Shown: piece after piece, positions 1 to 9,815 of the stretch | How the letters are laid out: every line of letters begins with the position of its first letter | Numbering within the stretch: the first letter of the stretch is position 1 | DNA from: Deltaproteobacteria bacterium | GTDB taxonomy: Bacteria > Desulfobacterota > Binatia > Binatales > Binataceae | Length of the DNA stretch: 64,000 nucleotides | NCBI GenBank assembly: GCA_003135855.1 | Contig: PNBD01000044.1 | Coordinates: 10,905-74,904 of the forward strand | Direction of reading: 5' to 3' | Made by a program: the position numbers and the translations under genes | Notes under the pieces: generated by a model | Databases searched by the model: none | What the model saw: the letters and a program-made list of their open reading frames with translations, nothing else | Told to the model about the DNA's origin: nothing

Positions 1-2117
1 CCGCCTTCGTAACTGGTGTCGAGGTCAACGACGCCCGGGACTTTTCCAAGCCGCGCCATCAGGGTGCCGGCGTAGCTCTTCAGTGTCTCGAGATCGGGAC
101 CGCGCATGTCGTACTCGACCGCGACTTCACGGTAACCGCCCTGCTCCCACGGCTTGATCGGATCGACGCTGACACGCAGCGCGGGAAAATCGTCGAGCAG
201 TTTGCGCGCGCTGGCCATCACGTCTTCCTGGCTGCGTTTGCGCTGGCCCAGCGGGAACAATTTCGCGACGATCTGTGCGACCGTGACGCGATCGTCGCCG
301 TTGGTATCGCCGACGGTGGTGAACAGATCGCGAACTTCAGGCAGGGTGCGCAGGCGATCCTCGAGTTGCGCGACGATCCCGTCAGTGTGCGCGAGCGAAT
401 ATCCGGGGGGCGTCCGAACGTTGACCGCGAACTCACTCGAGTCATCGTCGGGCATGAAGGTCGCTCCCACCATCTTGCCGAGGAACGGAATCGAAATCAC
501 CAGCGCGAGTGCGATGACGACGATTACCCAGCGATGGTCGAGCGACCAGCGCAGCGCGAGATCGTAGTAGTCCTCGATCAGGCGGAAGATTTTCCAATCC
601 TTGCTGCCACGCTGGCTGCCATGCTTCGCGCCGCTCCCGTCGCGCGCCTTCAGATAGCGCGAACAGAGCATCGGGGTGAGCGTGAACGCGACCAGCAACG
701 ACACCATGATCGAGAACGCCATCGTGAGGCCGAAAGAATTCAGGAAGCGGCCCATCACGCCGTGGATGAACGCGACCGGCACGAAGATGACCGCGAGCGA
801 AAGCGTGGTTGCGCTGACGGCGAGCCCGACTTCGGCGGTGGCAGCTTTGGCCGCGGCCATCGGGTCCATGTGTTTTTCTTCAATGAAGCGCCAGATGTTT
901 TCGAGCACGACTATAGCGTCGTCGATAACTATGCCGACTGAGAGCGTCAGCGCGAGCAGCGTCATCCGGTTGAGCGTGAAGCCCATCCACAAAATAAGCG
1001 AGTAGGTCGAAACGATTGAAACTGGAATCGCCACCGCGGCAATTACGGTCGAGCGAATCGAGCCGAGAAAAAAGAACACCACGACCGCGGCGCAGATGCC
1101 GCCCATCACGAGATGCTCCTGGACCGTGTCGACTGCCTCGCGAATGAATTTGGATGAATCGCGGGTAAAGATTACTTCGACGCCCGGCGGCAGCGTGCCC
1201 TTGAGTCCCTCGAAGCGTTCCTTGATTCGATCGACCACTTCGATCGAGTTGGCGCCCGATTGTTTGCGGACGACCAGCGAGACCGCGTTTTTCCTGTCCC
1301 AGCGCGAGAGTGAGCGCGGTTCCTTGACCGAATCCTCGACCTTCGCGACGTCGCCGACCGTGACCGGCTTGCCATCGATTTCGCTGACGATCACTTTCGA
1401 GAAGTCGCCCACCTCGGTGATGCGGCCGAGCGTGCGCAGCATCTCCTCGGACATCCCCTGCTTCATGCGGCCGCCGGGGAACTCGACGTTCTGGCGAGAG
1501 AGCGCGACTCCGACCTGCTGAATCGTGACGCCGGTGGCGTGCAACTTGTCGGCATCGACGGCGACGTGGACTTCGCGTTCGCGGCCGCCGACGATATCGA
1601 TCGAACCGACGCCATCCACCGATTCGAGCGGTTCTTTGAGGCGGCGGCGCGCGAGTTCGGTGAGTTCCTTGAGATTCTGGTAGCCGGTGACGGTGAGCGT
1701 CAGAATCGGCGTGGCGCCGATGTCGAACTTCTGCACCAGCGGCGGCTTGGTGCCGTCGGGCAAGCGATCGAGCACGGTCGAAATCTTGTCGCGCACGTCC
1801 TGTACGCCCGCGTCGAGATCGCGATCGAGCTTGAACTGCAGCATGATGCGCGAAACGCCCTCGAGCGTGTTCGAGCGCATCTCGTCGATTCCGCTAACGG
1901 TGTTGATCGCTTCTTCGAGCGGCTTGGTGACGCGCGCTTCGGCTTCCTCGGGCGCCGCGCCGGGCAGGAAGGTCGTGATCATGACCATCGGTACATCGAC
2001 CTTCGGAAAAAGATCGACGCCGAGCCGCATGTATGAAAACCATCCGAGCACAACCAATACGCCGACAAACATCGTGGCGAAGATCGGCCGGCGGACGCAT
2101 AGGTCGGCGAGAATCAC
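1..2117 (-). CDS. RND efflux permease (AcrB/HAE1-like), 3'-truncated by window edge; N-terminus at 2117
   Basis: Reverse-strand translation from a GTG at 2115-2117 gives VILADLCVRRPIFATMFVGVLVVLGWFSYMRLGVDLFPKVDVP..., a typical AcrB N-terminus with downstream TM segments. No in-window stop, so it is absent from the ORF track. The GTGA overlaps the stop of the upstream MFP gene. The plus-strand ORFs at 154-2172 are antisense artefacts. Confidence 0.85.
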   Translation of the reverse strand, partial: MILADLCVRRPIFATMFVGVLVVLGWFSYMRLGVDLFPKVDVPMVMITTFLPGAAPEEAEARVTKPLEEAINTVSGIDEMRSNTLEGVSRIMLQFKLDRDLDAGVQDVRDKISTVLDRLPDGTKPPLVQKFDIGATPILTLTVTGYQNLKELTELARRRLKEPLESVDGVGSIDIVGGREREVHVAVDADKLHATGVTIQQVGVALSRQNVEFPGGRMKQGMSEEMLRTLGRITEVGDFSKVIVSEIDGKPVTVGDVAKVEDSVKEPRSLSRWDRKNAVSLVVRKQSGANSIEVVDRIKERFEGLKGTLPPGVEVIFTRDSSKFIREAVDTVQEHLVMGGICAAVVVFFFLGSIRSTVIAAVAIPVSIVSTYSLILWMGFTLNRMTLLALTLSVGIVIDDAIVVLENIWRFIEEKHMDPMAAAKAATAEVGLAVSATTLSLAVIFVPVAFIHGVMGRFLNSFGLTMAFSIMVSLLVAFTLTPMLCSRYLKARDGSGAKHGSQRGSKDWKIFRLIEDYYDLALRWSLDHRWVIVVIALALVISIPFLGKMVGATFMPDDDSSEFAVNVRTPPGYSLAHTDGIVAQLEDRLRTLPEVRDLFTTVGDTNGDDRVTVAQIVAKLFPLGQRKRSQEDVMASARKLLDDFPALRVSVDPIKPWEQGGYREVAVEYDMRGPDLETLKSYAGTLMARLGKVPGVVDLDTSYEG

Positions 2118-3220
2118 GACTGTTCCTTGGCGAGCACCGGGGTTCCGTCGGCCAGTCGATCGATGTCGCTGACCGCGACGTGATCGCCCTCCTTCAAGCC
2201 ACCGGTAATTTCGGTCTGGTCGGCAACGACGGCGCCGGTGGTCACTTCGTGCGCACGCACGACGCCGTGATCGACGATGAACACGCGCGCGACGCCCGCA
2301 TACCGCAGCACCGCGCTGGTGGGCACGAACAAGGCGCTATCGCGGCCGAGGTTCATCGTGACGTGGGCGAAGAAACCGGGCTTCAGAACATGCTCGGGAT
2401 TGGCGACTTCGGCTTCGATGAGAAGCGTGCGGCTGCCTTCGTCGAGCGCCGGCGCGATCCTCGTGATCGTGCCGGTATACGTCATGCCGGGTTTCGCGTC
2501 GATCGTGAGATTCACCGTCATGCCGACTTTGGCCATCGGCACGAAGCGCTCGGGCATCGGGCAGCGCAGCTTGATCGGATCGGTGGCGATCAGTTCATAG
2601 AGTTGCTTGCCGGCCACGACGTATTCGCCCAGCGACACCATGCGTTTTTGCACGGAGCCGTTGTAAGGCGCCTTGATTTCCGTGTCGCCGAGTTTCTTGC
2701 GAGCCAGCGAGACTGCTTTCTCCGCGGATTCCACGTCAGCCTGATCGATCCGCAAGGTGGAGGCGACTTGATCGAACTGTTCGTTCGAGATGGTCCCCTC
2801 GGCCTTCAGCCGTTGCGCACGATCGTAGCGTCCCGTCGAGTTGGTGAGCCGCGCTTGCGCTTGGTCGAGCGCAGCCTGCGCCGTTTCGACTTTGAGTTGG
2901 TATTCGCGCGGGTTGATCTTGAGCATCACCTGCCCGGCGTTGACGGTGTCACCGAAATCGGCGGCGACCATCATCACGGGACCTTCGACTTCGGAAGACA
3001 GAACCGCGCGCTCGCGCGGAAAGAGAGCGCCCTGCACTTCGGCGGTGCGATCGAGGTTCTGTTGATGCGCCGCGGCAACCGAAATCGTGATCGCCCGCGG
3101 AGCGAGCTTGTCCTTTTCGACGTCGGCGGCGGCTGGCGAATGACATCCCGCGAGTGAAAGCCCGCCCGAGATCAGCGCGATCAAGGCGACCAGGTGAAGA
3201 TGAGAGCGTTTCAGGCGCAT
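2114..3220 (-). CDS. RND efflux periplasmic adaptor (membrane fusion protein, HlyD/AcrA family), lipoprotein
   Basis: 368 aa with lipobox LISGGLSLAGC, biotin-lipoyl-like and beta-barrel MFP motifs. Directly upstream of the RND permease with a 4-nt overlap, which suggests translational coupling. Confidence 0.85.
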   Translation of the reverse strand: MRLKRSHLHLVALIALISGGLSLAGCHSPAAADVEKDKLAPRAITISVAAAHQQNLDRTAEVQGALFPRERAVLSSEVEGPVMMVAADFGDTVNAGQVMLKINPREYQLKVETAQAALDQAQARLTNSTGRYDRAQRLKAEGTISNEQFDQVASTLRIDQADVESAEKAVSLARKKLGDTEIKAPYNGSVQKRMVSLGEYVVAGKQLYELIATDPIKLRCPMPERFVPMAKVGMTVNLTIDAKPGMTYTGTITRIAPALDEGSRTLLIEAEVANPEHVLKPGFFAHVTMNLGRDSALFVPTSAVLRYAGVARVFIVDHGVVRAHEVTTGAVVADQTEITGGLKEGDHVAVSDIDRLADGTPVLAKEQS

Positions 3221-3822
3221 GGAATAACCTGGATACCCTTCAGGAATAACTCGACCACCGCATCAGCATCGGCCTCGAGCGGACTTGAGGCCAGCTTCAG
3301 CAAGCGTCGGCGGAGCGACCCGGTGATCATTTCGCCGAGCATAAAGGCCGCGAATAGTGGGTCGATCGGCCTCAGCGCACCGCGATCGATTGCGGATTGA
3401 AGAACCGATGCAATGAAGTTGAGAAAATCCGAATAGACGCGCATGAATTCCCGACCGGGCGCGCCCTCAAGCTCGATATCGAGCGAGTTGCCGATGATCA
3501 GCGTTTTCAGAAAATCCTGATTGGACGCCTCGATGCGGTACTGGCTGAGAATCAGGTTGCGGATGCGTTCGAGCGGCGCCATGGTCGGGTCATCGGAGCG
3601 AATCGTCTCCGCCATCATCTCGCGCAGACCCTCGAGCACGGCGGCATGCACCAGGTCGTCCTTGCTGCTGAAGTACAGATAGATGGTGCCCTTCGCGACG
3701 CCGGCCTCCTCCGCAACCCGGTCGATAGTGGTCCCCTGCATCGCGTACCGGGCCATCACGCGCCGCGCGGCGGCAAGAATCTCGCGCAGGCGATATTCTT
3801 TGATTACCTCTTCTTTGGTCAT
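3211..3822 (-). CDS. TetR/AcrR family transcriptional regulator
   Basis: 203 aa. The N-terminal HTH (RVMARYAMQGTTIDRVAEEAGVAKGTIYLYFSSKDDL) is the TetR signature. It overlaps the MFP start by 10 nt and leads the efflux operon. Confidence 0.85.
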   Translation of the reverse strand: MTKEEVIKEYRLREILAAARRVMARYAMQGTTIDRVAEEAGVAKGTIYLYFSSKDDLVHAAVLEGLREMMAETIRSDDPTMAPLERIRNLILSQYRIEASNQDFLKTLIIGNSLDIELEGAPGREFMRVYSDFLNFIASVLQSAIDRGALRPIDPLFAAFMLGEMITGSLRRRLLKLASSPLEADADAVVELFLKGIQVIPCA

Positions 3823-3936
3823 TCGACTGGTCGTTCAGTCAACTGAACGTACAGTCAGTCTAGGCCACCGACGAAAATGAGGCAAGCGGTTTTTCAGAGG
3901 GTGGAAGCTAAAACGATTTTCGGTCCGTAAGTGTTG

Positions 3937-3964
3937 TATGATAGTAATACGTTCTTACTAGGAG
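3937..3964 (+). promoter_or_regulatory. Putative -10 (TATGAT) plus inverted repeat TAGTAA-n6-TTACTA and AGGAG RBS upstream of the antitoxin gene; probable autoregulatory operator
   Basis: TATGAT at 3937-3942, then a perfect 6-bp inverted repeat at 3943-3948 and 3955-3960, and AGGAG 7 nt before the ATG at 3971. The region is AT-rich relative to its surroundings. Confidence 0.3.
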
Positions 3965-3970
3965 TGATGT

Positions 3971-4231
3971 ATGCCTCAGTCAAAGCGGACAGCAGGCCGA
4001 GCGATCGCGAGTAGCAGACTCACCACGAAAGGCCAGGCCACAGTTCCAAAGTTGGTGCGCAGCCATCTTGGACTTAAGCCTGGAGACACCATGATATTCG
4101 AGGAATCCGAAGCGGGTACCTTCCGCATCCGCAAGGCGGAGCCGCTCGATCTTGAGTTCCTGGCATCGCTGGATGCCACGCTTTCGGAATGGAACTCGGA
4201 AAGCGACAACCGCGCCTACCGTGATTTGTAA
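3971..4231 (+). CDS. AbrB/MazE/SpoVT-type antitoxin
   Basis: 86 aa. The swapped-hairpin motif TTKGQATVPKLVRSHLGLKPGDTMIFE is SpoVT-AbrB-like. Immediately followed by the toxin gene. Confidence 0.75.
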   Translation: MPQSKRTAGRAIASSRLTTKGQATVPKLVRSHLGLKPGDTMIFEESEAGTFRIRKAEPLDLEFLASLDATLSEWNSESDNRAYRDL

Positions 4232-4241
4232 CACCTACGAC

Positions 4242-4553
4242 GTGGTTGTCGTGCCTTTTCCCTTTGCCGATCGGCGGAGAAGCAAGCGCCGTCCAGCGCT
4301 GGCGATCTCCTCGGAAGAGTTCAGTGCGGTGAGCGGGCACACGCTGCTCGCCATGATTACCAGCGCCGATAACGCTCCATGGCCGATGGACGTAGCGATC
4401 GATGGCGAAGAGGCGGGTCTTGCGGCCCCATCAAAGGTTCGGATGAAGCTCTTCACGCTGGATAACCGGCTGATCCTGCGCAAGGCGGGAACGCTCTCCA
4501 GAACGGATCAGCGGACGGTCTCCGAGGCCGTGCGAAGGGTAATAGGTATCTGA
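4242..4553 (+). CDS. MazF/PemK-family endoribonuclease toxin
   Basis: In-frame GTG at 4242, 11 nt after the antitoxin stop. The product VVVVPFPFADRRRSKRRPALAISSEEF...GHTLLAMITSA...PSKVRMKLFTLDNRLILRKAGTLS matches the PemK/MazF fold. The ORF track's ATG at 4152 would overlap the antitoxin and is less likely. Confidence 0.7.
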   Translation: MVVVPFPFADRRRSKRRPALAISSEEFSAVSGHTLLAMITSADNAPWPMDVAIDGEEAGLAAPSKVRMKLFTLDNRLILRKAGTLSRTDQRTVSEAVRRVIGI

Positions 4554-4565
4554 AAGCGCCGAACC

Positions 4566-5555
4566 TCAGTTCGACTGACCGGAGTATCCAGGGCGTTCGA
4601 GCTGATCGCCAAGGATTTCGGCTAGGCGCTCGGCCGGAAGGCGTCGTAAATCGGGGATCGCAAAGCCGGACGCGGCGACGTGGCCGCCACCCCCGTACAT
4701 CTGAGCGAGCAGCGACAAATCGACGTCGGAATCGGCACTGCGCCGGAGGCTCACGCCCTGGCTCCGCAGATCGAACAGTGCGACGACCATCTTGTGCTGT
4801 CCCTTGTAAAGCTCCGACGCGACCTCGCTGCTGTAGCCGAAGCAGCAAGCGGTGCGCAGCGTGATGCCGTTGTCGAGCTTGCGATCGACCATCGTCGCGT
4901 GAGCGAGTTCGATACTGCGGCGCAGCCCATCCTGGCCCGACTCGAAGGCGGAGCGGAGCCTGCGGCTCATCCTGGGTTCGCGGAGCTTCAGAATTTCGCG
5001 ATACGAGTTGATGCCGCCGAGCGTCTGCACGGCGAGCGCCCAATCCGACGACTCCGGGATTTGATGGATCCAGCGATCGTGATCGTCAGCGATCAACACG
5101 AATGGTTCGAAGGCCTCGAACGCGGCGCGACGCGCTTCGGGAAGTTCGCTCGCCCGGCTCTTCAGGTAGTTAAAGGTTAGCCGCGCGGCGGAGTACTGTT
5201 CGTCGAGCACGATGCCGGCGAACGGTACCTTGAACTCGGGTGCATCGGCGCGCGAGACTGCGGTGCGATGATGATCGATCCAGAAAACGCGCGCACCCCG
5301 GGCGGAAAGCTCGCCAAGGCGGTCCGCGCTCGCGGTTGAGTTCCAGGACAAGTCGGTGATCCAGATCTCGCCGCCATCGTCGGACTTGATGTTCAGTCCC
5401 TGGATCACGCGGTCGGCGTCGCTGTTTCCGGCGAGCGTAGTGAACACTCTATGGCCGTCGTAAAATCGTGCGACCGCCGCCGCAGCCATCACACCGTCGA
5501 GGCATGATGGGCCGTGGCTGACAACCTGAATCGTCTGAGAATTTTTGCCCAACAT
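4566..5555 (-). CDS. DHH-family phosphoesterase (NrnA-like)
   Basis: Begins MLGKNSQTIQVVSHGPSCLDGVMAAAAV (DHH motif) and has a GGGH motif near the C-terminus (DHHA1). Start chosen at the internal ATG at 5555, not the track's 5708, because the upstream 51 aa are Arg-rich junk. Confidence 0.75.
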   Translation of the reverse strand: MLGKNSQTIQVVSHGPSCLDGVMAAAAVARFYDGHRVFTTLAGNSDADRVIQGLNIKSDDGGEIWITDLSWNSTASADRLGELSARGARVFWIDHHRTAVSRADAPEFKVPFAGIVLDEQYSAARLTFNYLKSRASELPEARRAAFEAFEPFVLIADDHDRWIHQIPESSDWALAVQTLGGINSYREILKLREPRMSRRLRSAFESGQDGLRRSIELAHATMVDRKLDNGITLRTACCFGYSSEVASELYKGQHKMVVALFDLRSQGVSLRRSADSDVDLSLLAQMYGGGGHVAASGFAIPDLRRLPAERLAEILGDQLERPGYSGQSN

Positions 5556-5624
5556 AAGAGATCGATAGTAGAACAGACCGCCTCCGGGAACGAAACGGCG
5601 CGTTGAGGCATCGCGGCAACGACG

Positions 5625-6158
5625 ATGAGCTCGCAGATTCCCAACGGGCTGAGCGCGCTGCGATTTGCGCTCGCGGCAATCTGGGTCGAGCTCGCGACGC
5701 ACGGGCATACCGGCCGCGCACCTTACCTGATCATTGCGATCATCGCGGCAGGCAGCGATTTTATCGACGGTCGAATCGCGCGACGGCTTGGCGTCGCGAG
5801 CAATCGCGGCCGATGGCTCGACGGAATCGCCGACGTAACGTTCGTGCTGGCGGCGCTTTGGTGCGAGGCCAATGCCGGGGTGCTACCGTTTTACATTCCC
5901 GTTCTGATCGCGATTTCGTTCGGCCAGTACGCGCTCGATTCGATCATCATCACGAGAGCTGCCGCCGGCCCAATCAAGAGCCGGCTGGGCCATTGGGGCG
6001 GAATCGTAAACTACGCGATGGTGATTGCGCTGGCATTTTCGGCGCCGGACGGGACGATCGCGGCAGTCGTGCACGCATTGTCGCCGTTGGTCGCGATCTT
6101 TTACGTCGCGGCGATTGTCGAGCGCGCGTGGATCTTCTATCGGCGCCAGGAAAAGTGA
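5625..6158 (+). CDS. CDP-alcohol phosphatidyltransferase family protein
   Basis: 177 aa multi-TM protein with the signature DG-x2-AR-x8-G-x3-D-x3-D (DFIDGRIARRLGVASNRGRWLDGIADV). Confidence 0.75.
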   Translation: MSSQIPNGLSALRFALAAIWVELATHGHTGRAPYLIIAIIAAGSDFIDGRIARRLGVASNRGRWLDGIADVTFVLAALWCEANAGVLPFYIPVLIAISFGQYALDSIIITRAAAGPIKSRLGHWGGIVNYAMVIALAFSAPDGTIAAVVHALSPLVAIFYVAAIVERAWIFYRRQEK

Positions 6159-7322
6159 TCAGACGACTTTGCGGAAAGCGAGCGCGGGCGGAATGCGCGC
6201 CGCGTTGATCACAGGCACAATCGCGGCCGCGAGGCTGACGATGAAAGCCGCCAGAATCGCTGCGATCGCGGTCTCCGGCCGCACCGTTACGTAACCGAGC
6301 GCGCCGGTCAACGCGCCGAGCGTCATGCCGGTGCCAAAATACCAAAGAGCGAAACTGGCGCCGACGATGGCGCCGGTGACGCCAATCATCGCCGCTTCGC
6401 AGAGCAATAGCGCCGCCGCATGAGCCTGCGTAAATCCCAGCGCGCGCATGACTGCGACCTCGCCGATGCGATCGCGCACCATCATCGCCATCGAGTTGGC
6501 CGCGATTAGCAACATCGTCAGTAACACCACTACACAGAGGCCATAGATGATCGTCCGCACGTCGCCGATTGCGGAAACATAGTTCGCGAGCGTATCCGAT
6601 TCGGTGACCGACTGAGTCTCGGCTTCCGAGTTGTGAAAATTTTCGTCAATCTGGTTCGCCACCAAACCCATGTTCTCCGCCCGATCGACCCGCACCGAGA
6701 TGTATCCGGCAACGTTCTGGATATTCTCGCCGAAAGTGTTTTTCACCGCGTCGTCAAGCAATTGCCGATTGAAGAAAAATATCCGCGACAGATAAATCGT
6801 CGGAAGTTCAGCCACCGGAATAAATGTAAGCGTGAATTTGCCAGAAAGATTGCGCAGCGTAATTGGCTCGCCGATTTTCCAGTGGTGCTCATGCATCAGG
6901 ACGCTGCCGATCAGAGCGCCCCGTCGATCGTTGAAGACCTGTTTCGCCACGTCTGGCGGCGCCACGTAGTCGCTGCTCGCGGTAACCGTGTTGATATCGG
7001 TCGTAATTCCAGTCGTGACGATCGGATCGCGCAGGTCGCGATAGATACCGGTCCACTGAATTTGCGGTGAGCAGCCGAGCACGTGCGGTATCTTCATGAT
7101 CGCATTGCAATATTTGACTGGCAGCGTGTTGTTATTGCGCTCGGTTACGACCAGCCGTATCCCTCGAGACGCATCTTCCGCGATCATATCCATTGAGGCG
7201 GGGACGGCGATCAGCACCGTGAAGATGAAGACCGCGACCGCAAATGTGAGGCCGGTCAGAATCGTGCGGCGCGGCTGTCGCCGCAGATTTCGCAGGGCCA
7301 CGATGAACAGTTTCAGAATCAT
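6159..7322 (-). CDS. ABC transporter permease, FtsX/MacB/LolC-like (type A paralog)
   Basis: Starts MILKLFIVALRNLRRQPRRTILTGLTF... One N-terminal TM, a ~220-aa periplasmic domain, then three C-terminal TMs. Its ATG overlaps the stop of the upstream permease (ATGA). Confidence 0.8.
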   Translation of the reverse strand: MILKLFIVALRNLRRQPRRTILTGLTFAVAVFIFTVLIAVPASMDMIAEDASRGIRLVVTERNNNTLPVKYCNAIMKIPHVLGCSPQIQWTGIYRDLRDPIVTTGITTDINTVTASSDYVAPPDVAKQVFNDRRGALIGSVLMHEHHWKIGEPITLRNLSGKFTLTFIPVAELPTIYLSRIFFFNRQLLDDAVKNTFGENIQNVAGYISVRVDRAENMGLVANQIDENFHNSEAETQSVTESDTLANYVSAIGDVRTIIYGLCVVVLLTMLLIAANSMAMMVRDRIGEVAVMRALGFTQAHAAALLLCEAAMIGVTGAIVGASFALWYFGTGMTLGALTGALGYVTVRPETAIAAILAAFIVSLAAAIVPVINAARIPPALAFRKVV

Positions 7323-8482
7323 CAGATGCCTCTGAGTGACTCGATAACGCCGACTCGCGCGGCCCGCCACGCCGGCATCAGGCCGCCGATCACGCCGATC
7401 ACGGTAGCGGCGATCAGGCCTGCGAAGATCGCTGCGAGAGAGGCGTGATAAGAGAAATACGTGATGCCGACGTTCATCAACCGGCTGTTCAATCCGGTCG
7501 CGCGAGCGACGATGCTGGCCAGTACGATCCCAACCACGCCGCCTGCGATTCCCAGGATCGCGCTCTCGATTACGAAGCTGCCAAGGATGTCGCGACGACT
7601 GAAGCCCACCGCTCGGAGCACGCCGATCTCGCGCTGGCGGCGAGCGACCGCCGTATACATAGTGTTCATGCCGCCGAATACTGCGCCAATACCCAGTGCG
7701 AGCGCGACGATCAGCCCGAGCGATCTCAGTTGATTAACTACTTTGGCTTGCGCCAGGTAGTAATCCGTTTCAGTGATCGCATCGAGCGGCAGCCGCCCGT
7801 CACTCTTCAGCGCCTGTTGGAACGCATCTCCGCTCGCGGGCTTCAGCACGACATGAATCGAGTTAGTGCCCTGGTCGCGATTCTGGAAATTGACGCGGAG
7901 ATCTTCCGAATCCGTCCAGATTTCGGATTCGCGAGCGCTATCGTTGTCGGCGAAAATGCCGACGATGTTCCAGTTGCGCCGGCCAAAATGGTAGTTGGTG
8001 CCCGGCGCGAGTGACGGGTTTCGCGCACGCAGCTTTTGTCCGATCACCCACTCGCCGTTGCCGCGAGCGGGCCAATGCCCCTCGATCAGCCGCATGTTGC
8101 GATGCACCTGGTAGGCGATCGGCGTAACGCCCCGCAGCAGCGCGAATTCTTTCACCCGCTTGTTGCGGCTGATGTTCACGCCGGCGAAAATTTCGGGTGA
8201 CATCAGCGGCGCTCCGCCGCTGCCTTGGGCAATCTCCGGGCGCACGCGAAGGATATCCATCTGCTCGTGCGGTATGTAACTCGAGGTTTCATCGGGCGCG
8301 GCGCGCCTGGTCACGATCCAATTCTCGGCGCCACCGGCGTTGAGCAACGTTCGCTGCAGGCCGCCGATAAAACCGAACAGGAGGACGAAAATCATCGCCA
8401 CCAGCGCGACGCCGAGAATCGTCATCAGCGACGTCGCACGACGCTCGACGACGCTGCGGAGGTTGTAACGAATCGGAATCAC
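7322..8482 (-). CDS. ABC transporter permease, FtsX/MacB/LolE-like (type B paralog)
   Basis: VIPIRYNLRSVVERRATSLMTILGVALV... GTG start at 8482 with a GGGGAG RBS. Paralog of the 9816-10979 gene. Confidence 0.8.
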   Translation of the reverse strand: MIPIRYNLRSVVERRATSLMTILGVALVAMIFVLLFGFIGGLQRTLLNAGGAENWIVTRRAAPDETSSYIPHEQMDILRVRPEIAQGSGGAPLMSPEIFAGVNISRNKRVKEFALLRGVTPIAYQVHRNMRLIEGHWPARGNGEWVIGQKLRARNPSLAPGTNYHFGRRNWNIVGIFADNDSARESEIWTDSEDLRVNFQNRDQGTNSIHVVLKPASGDAFQQALKSDGRLPLDAITETDYYLAQAKVVNQLRSLGLIVALALGIGAVFGGMNTMYTAVARRQREIGVLRAVGFSRRDILGSFVIESAILGIAGGVVGIVLASIVARATGLNSRLMNVGITYFSYHASLAAIFAGLIAATVIGVIGGLMPAWRAARVGVIESLRGI

Positions 8483-8595
8483 CCGTATCTCCCCTTTTCG
8501 GACGGCGAGATCAGCGAGGGTCACACGTTCCGCGAAGGCAGTGATTTTACACTCGGCTGCCGACGCCTTCCAGACTAACAGTCGCTAGCTGGGAG

Positions 8596-9756
8596 TCAGA
8601 CCACTTTACGAAACGCCAGCGCGGGCGGAATCCTGATCGCAGCGACAATCGGGATAAGGCCGCTGACGACGCTGACCAGCAGTGCTGCCACGACTGCGCT
8701 CAGCGCCTCGCGCGGCGTCACCCACAATCCGCCATTGCCGCTGAGAACTGCACCAAGCGTGACGCCCCCATGGAACATCCAGAGCGCGGGCAGAGCGCCG
8801 AGCAAGCCTCCAACGAGACCCAGTACCGCGCATTCGCCAAACAAAAGGCCGGCGACGCGACTCCGCGAAAAGCCGAGAGCACGCATGATCGCGACCTCAC
8901 TGATGCGATCGCGCACCATCATCGCGGTCGAATTCGCGGCGATCAGCAGCACCGTGAGGATCACCACCGCGCACAGCGCAAAAATAATTCCACGGATGTT
9001 ACCCATCGCCGACAGACCCGACGCCAGCGCGTCGCTTTCGGTCGAGGTGCGCGTTTCGTAATCGGAATTCGCGAAGCGCTCGTCGATCTGTTTGGCGAGC
9101 GGCGCCAACGTTTCCGCGCTGTCGGCACGCACGATGATATTCCAGGCAATGTCCTCGTCGTTGCCGCCGTGCGCTTTGCGCGCTTCCATGAGATAGTCGC
9201 GGCGAATCAAAAACGTGTTGGGATAGCGCTTGGACTTCATGATCCCCATGATCACGAAAGTCATCTCCATATGCTCGGCGTCGGTGCCGCGGAGCGTGAC
9301 CTGCTGTCCAATCTTCCAACCGTATTTGTGCATCAGGATTTCGCCGACGATGGCCGAACGCCGCTCCTTGGCGGTCGCGACGCGCTGTTCTTCCGTCATC
9401 TGGTAGTCGGGGAACACCGTCGAAATTTCGGGGCCGGCGGCGGCGCAGAAAACCGGTTCACTCGGACTCCGCCAATTCGCGAACCATCCCGTGATCCCGA
9501 CGCACGCCGCCGCGCCGGGCATTTTGCGGATGTCGTCGCAGTAGCGCGCAGGCAAATCCTGCCACGGCGCAGTCTTGTTATTGATGATCAGTCTCAGCGT
9601 GCCTGACGCGTCGCTCACGACCTTGTCCATCGACGCCGGAACGCAAATCAGGATCGTGTAGATGAAGGTGGCGAGCGCGATCGTGAGCGCGGTCAGAATC
9701 GTGCGCCGAAGGTTGCGGCGCATGTTGCGTTCGATCAATTTGAAAAGCTTCAGCAT
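8596..9756 (-). CDS. ABC transporter permease, FtsX-like (type A paralog, second copy)
   Basis: MLKLFKLIERNMRRNLRRTILTALTIALATFIYTILICVPASMD..., with the same architecture as 6159-7322. Confidence 0.8.
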   Translation of the reverse strand: MLKLFKLIERNMRRNLRRTILTALTIALATFIYTILICVPASMDKVVSDASGTLRLIINNKTAPWQDLPARYCDDIRKMPGAAACVGITGWFANWRSPSEPVFCAAAGPEISTVFPDYQMTEEQRVATAKERRSAIVGEILMHKYGWKIGQQVTLRGTDAEHMEMTFVIMGIMKSKRYPNTFLIRRDYLMEARKAHGGNDEDIAWNIIVRADSAETLAPLAKQIDERFANSDYETRTSTESDALASGLSAMGNIRGIIFALCAVVILTVLLIAANSTAMMVRDRISEVAIMRALGFSRSRVAGLLFGECAVLGLVGGLLGALPALWMFHGGVTLGAVLSGNGGLWVTPREALSAVVAALLVSVVSGLIPIVAAIRIPPALAFRKVV

Positions 9757-9815
9757 AGAAACTCACTTAGCGATCTTTTCTCTACCGCGCGATCCGAATC
9801 GCGCGGGTATCTGAT

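Noticed and set aside
154-2172. Series of plus-strand ORFs (154-567, 366-941, 676-1005, 1096-1521, 1539-2036, 1687-2172)
   Set aside because: They lie antisense to a continuous, clearly AcrB-like reading frame on the minus strand. Their products are Ser/Arg/Thr-rich nonsense typical of high-GC antisense frames.
9784-9807. Intercistronic hairpin between the two permease pairs as a terminator
   Set aside because: The stem is stable, but it is followed by an A-rich, not U-rich, tract on the transcribed strand. More likely a processing or attenuation stem than a terminator.
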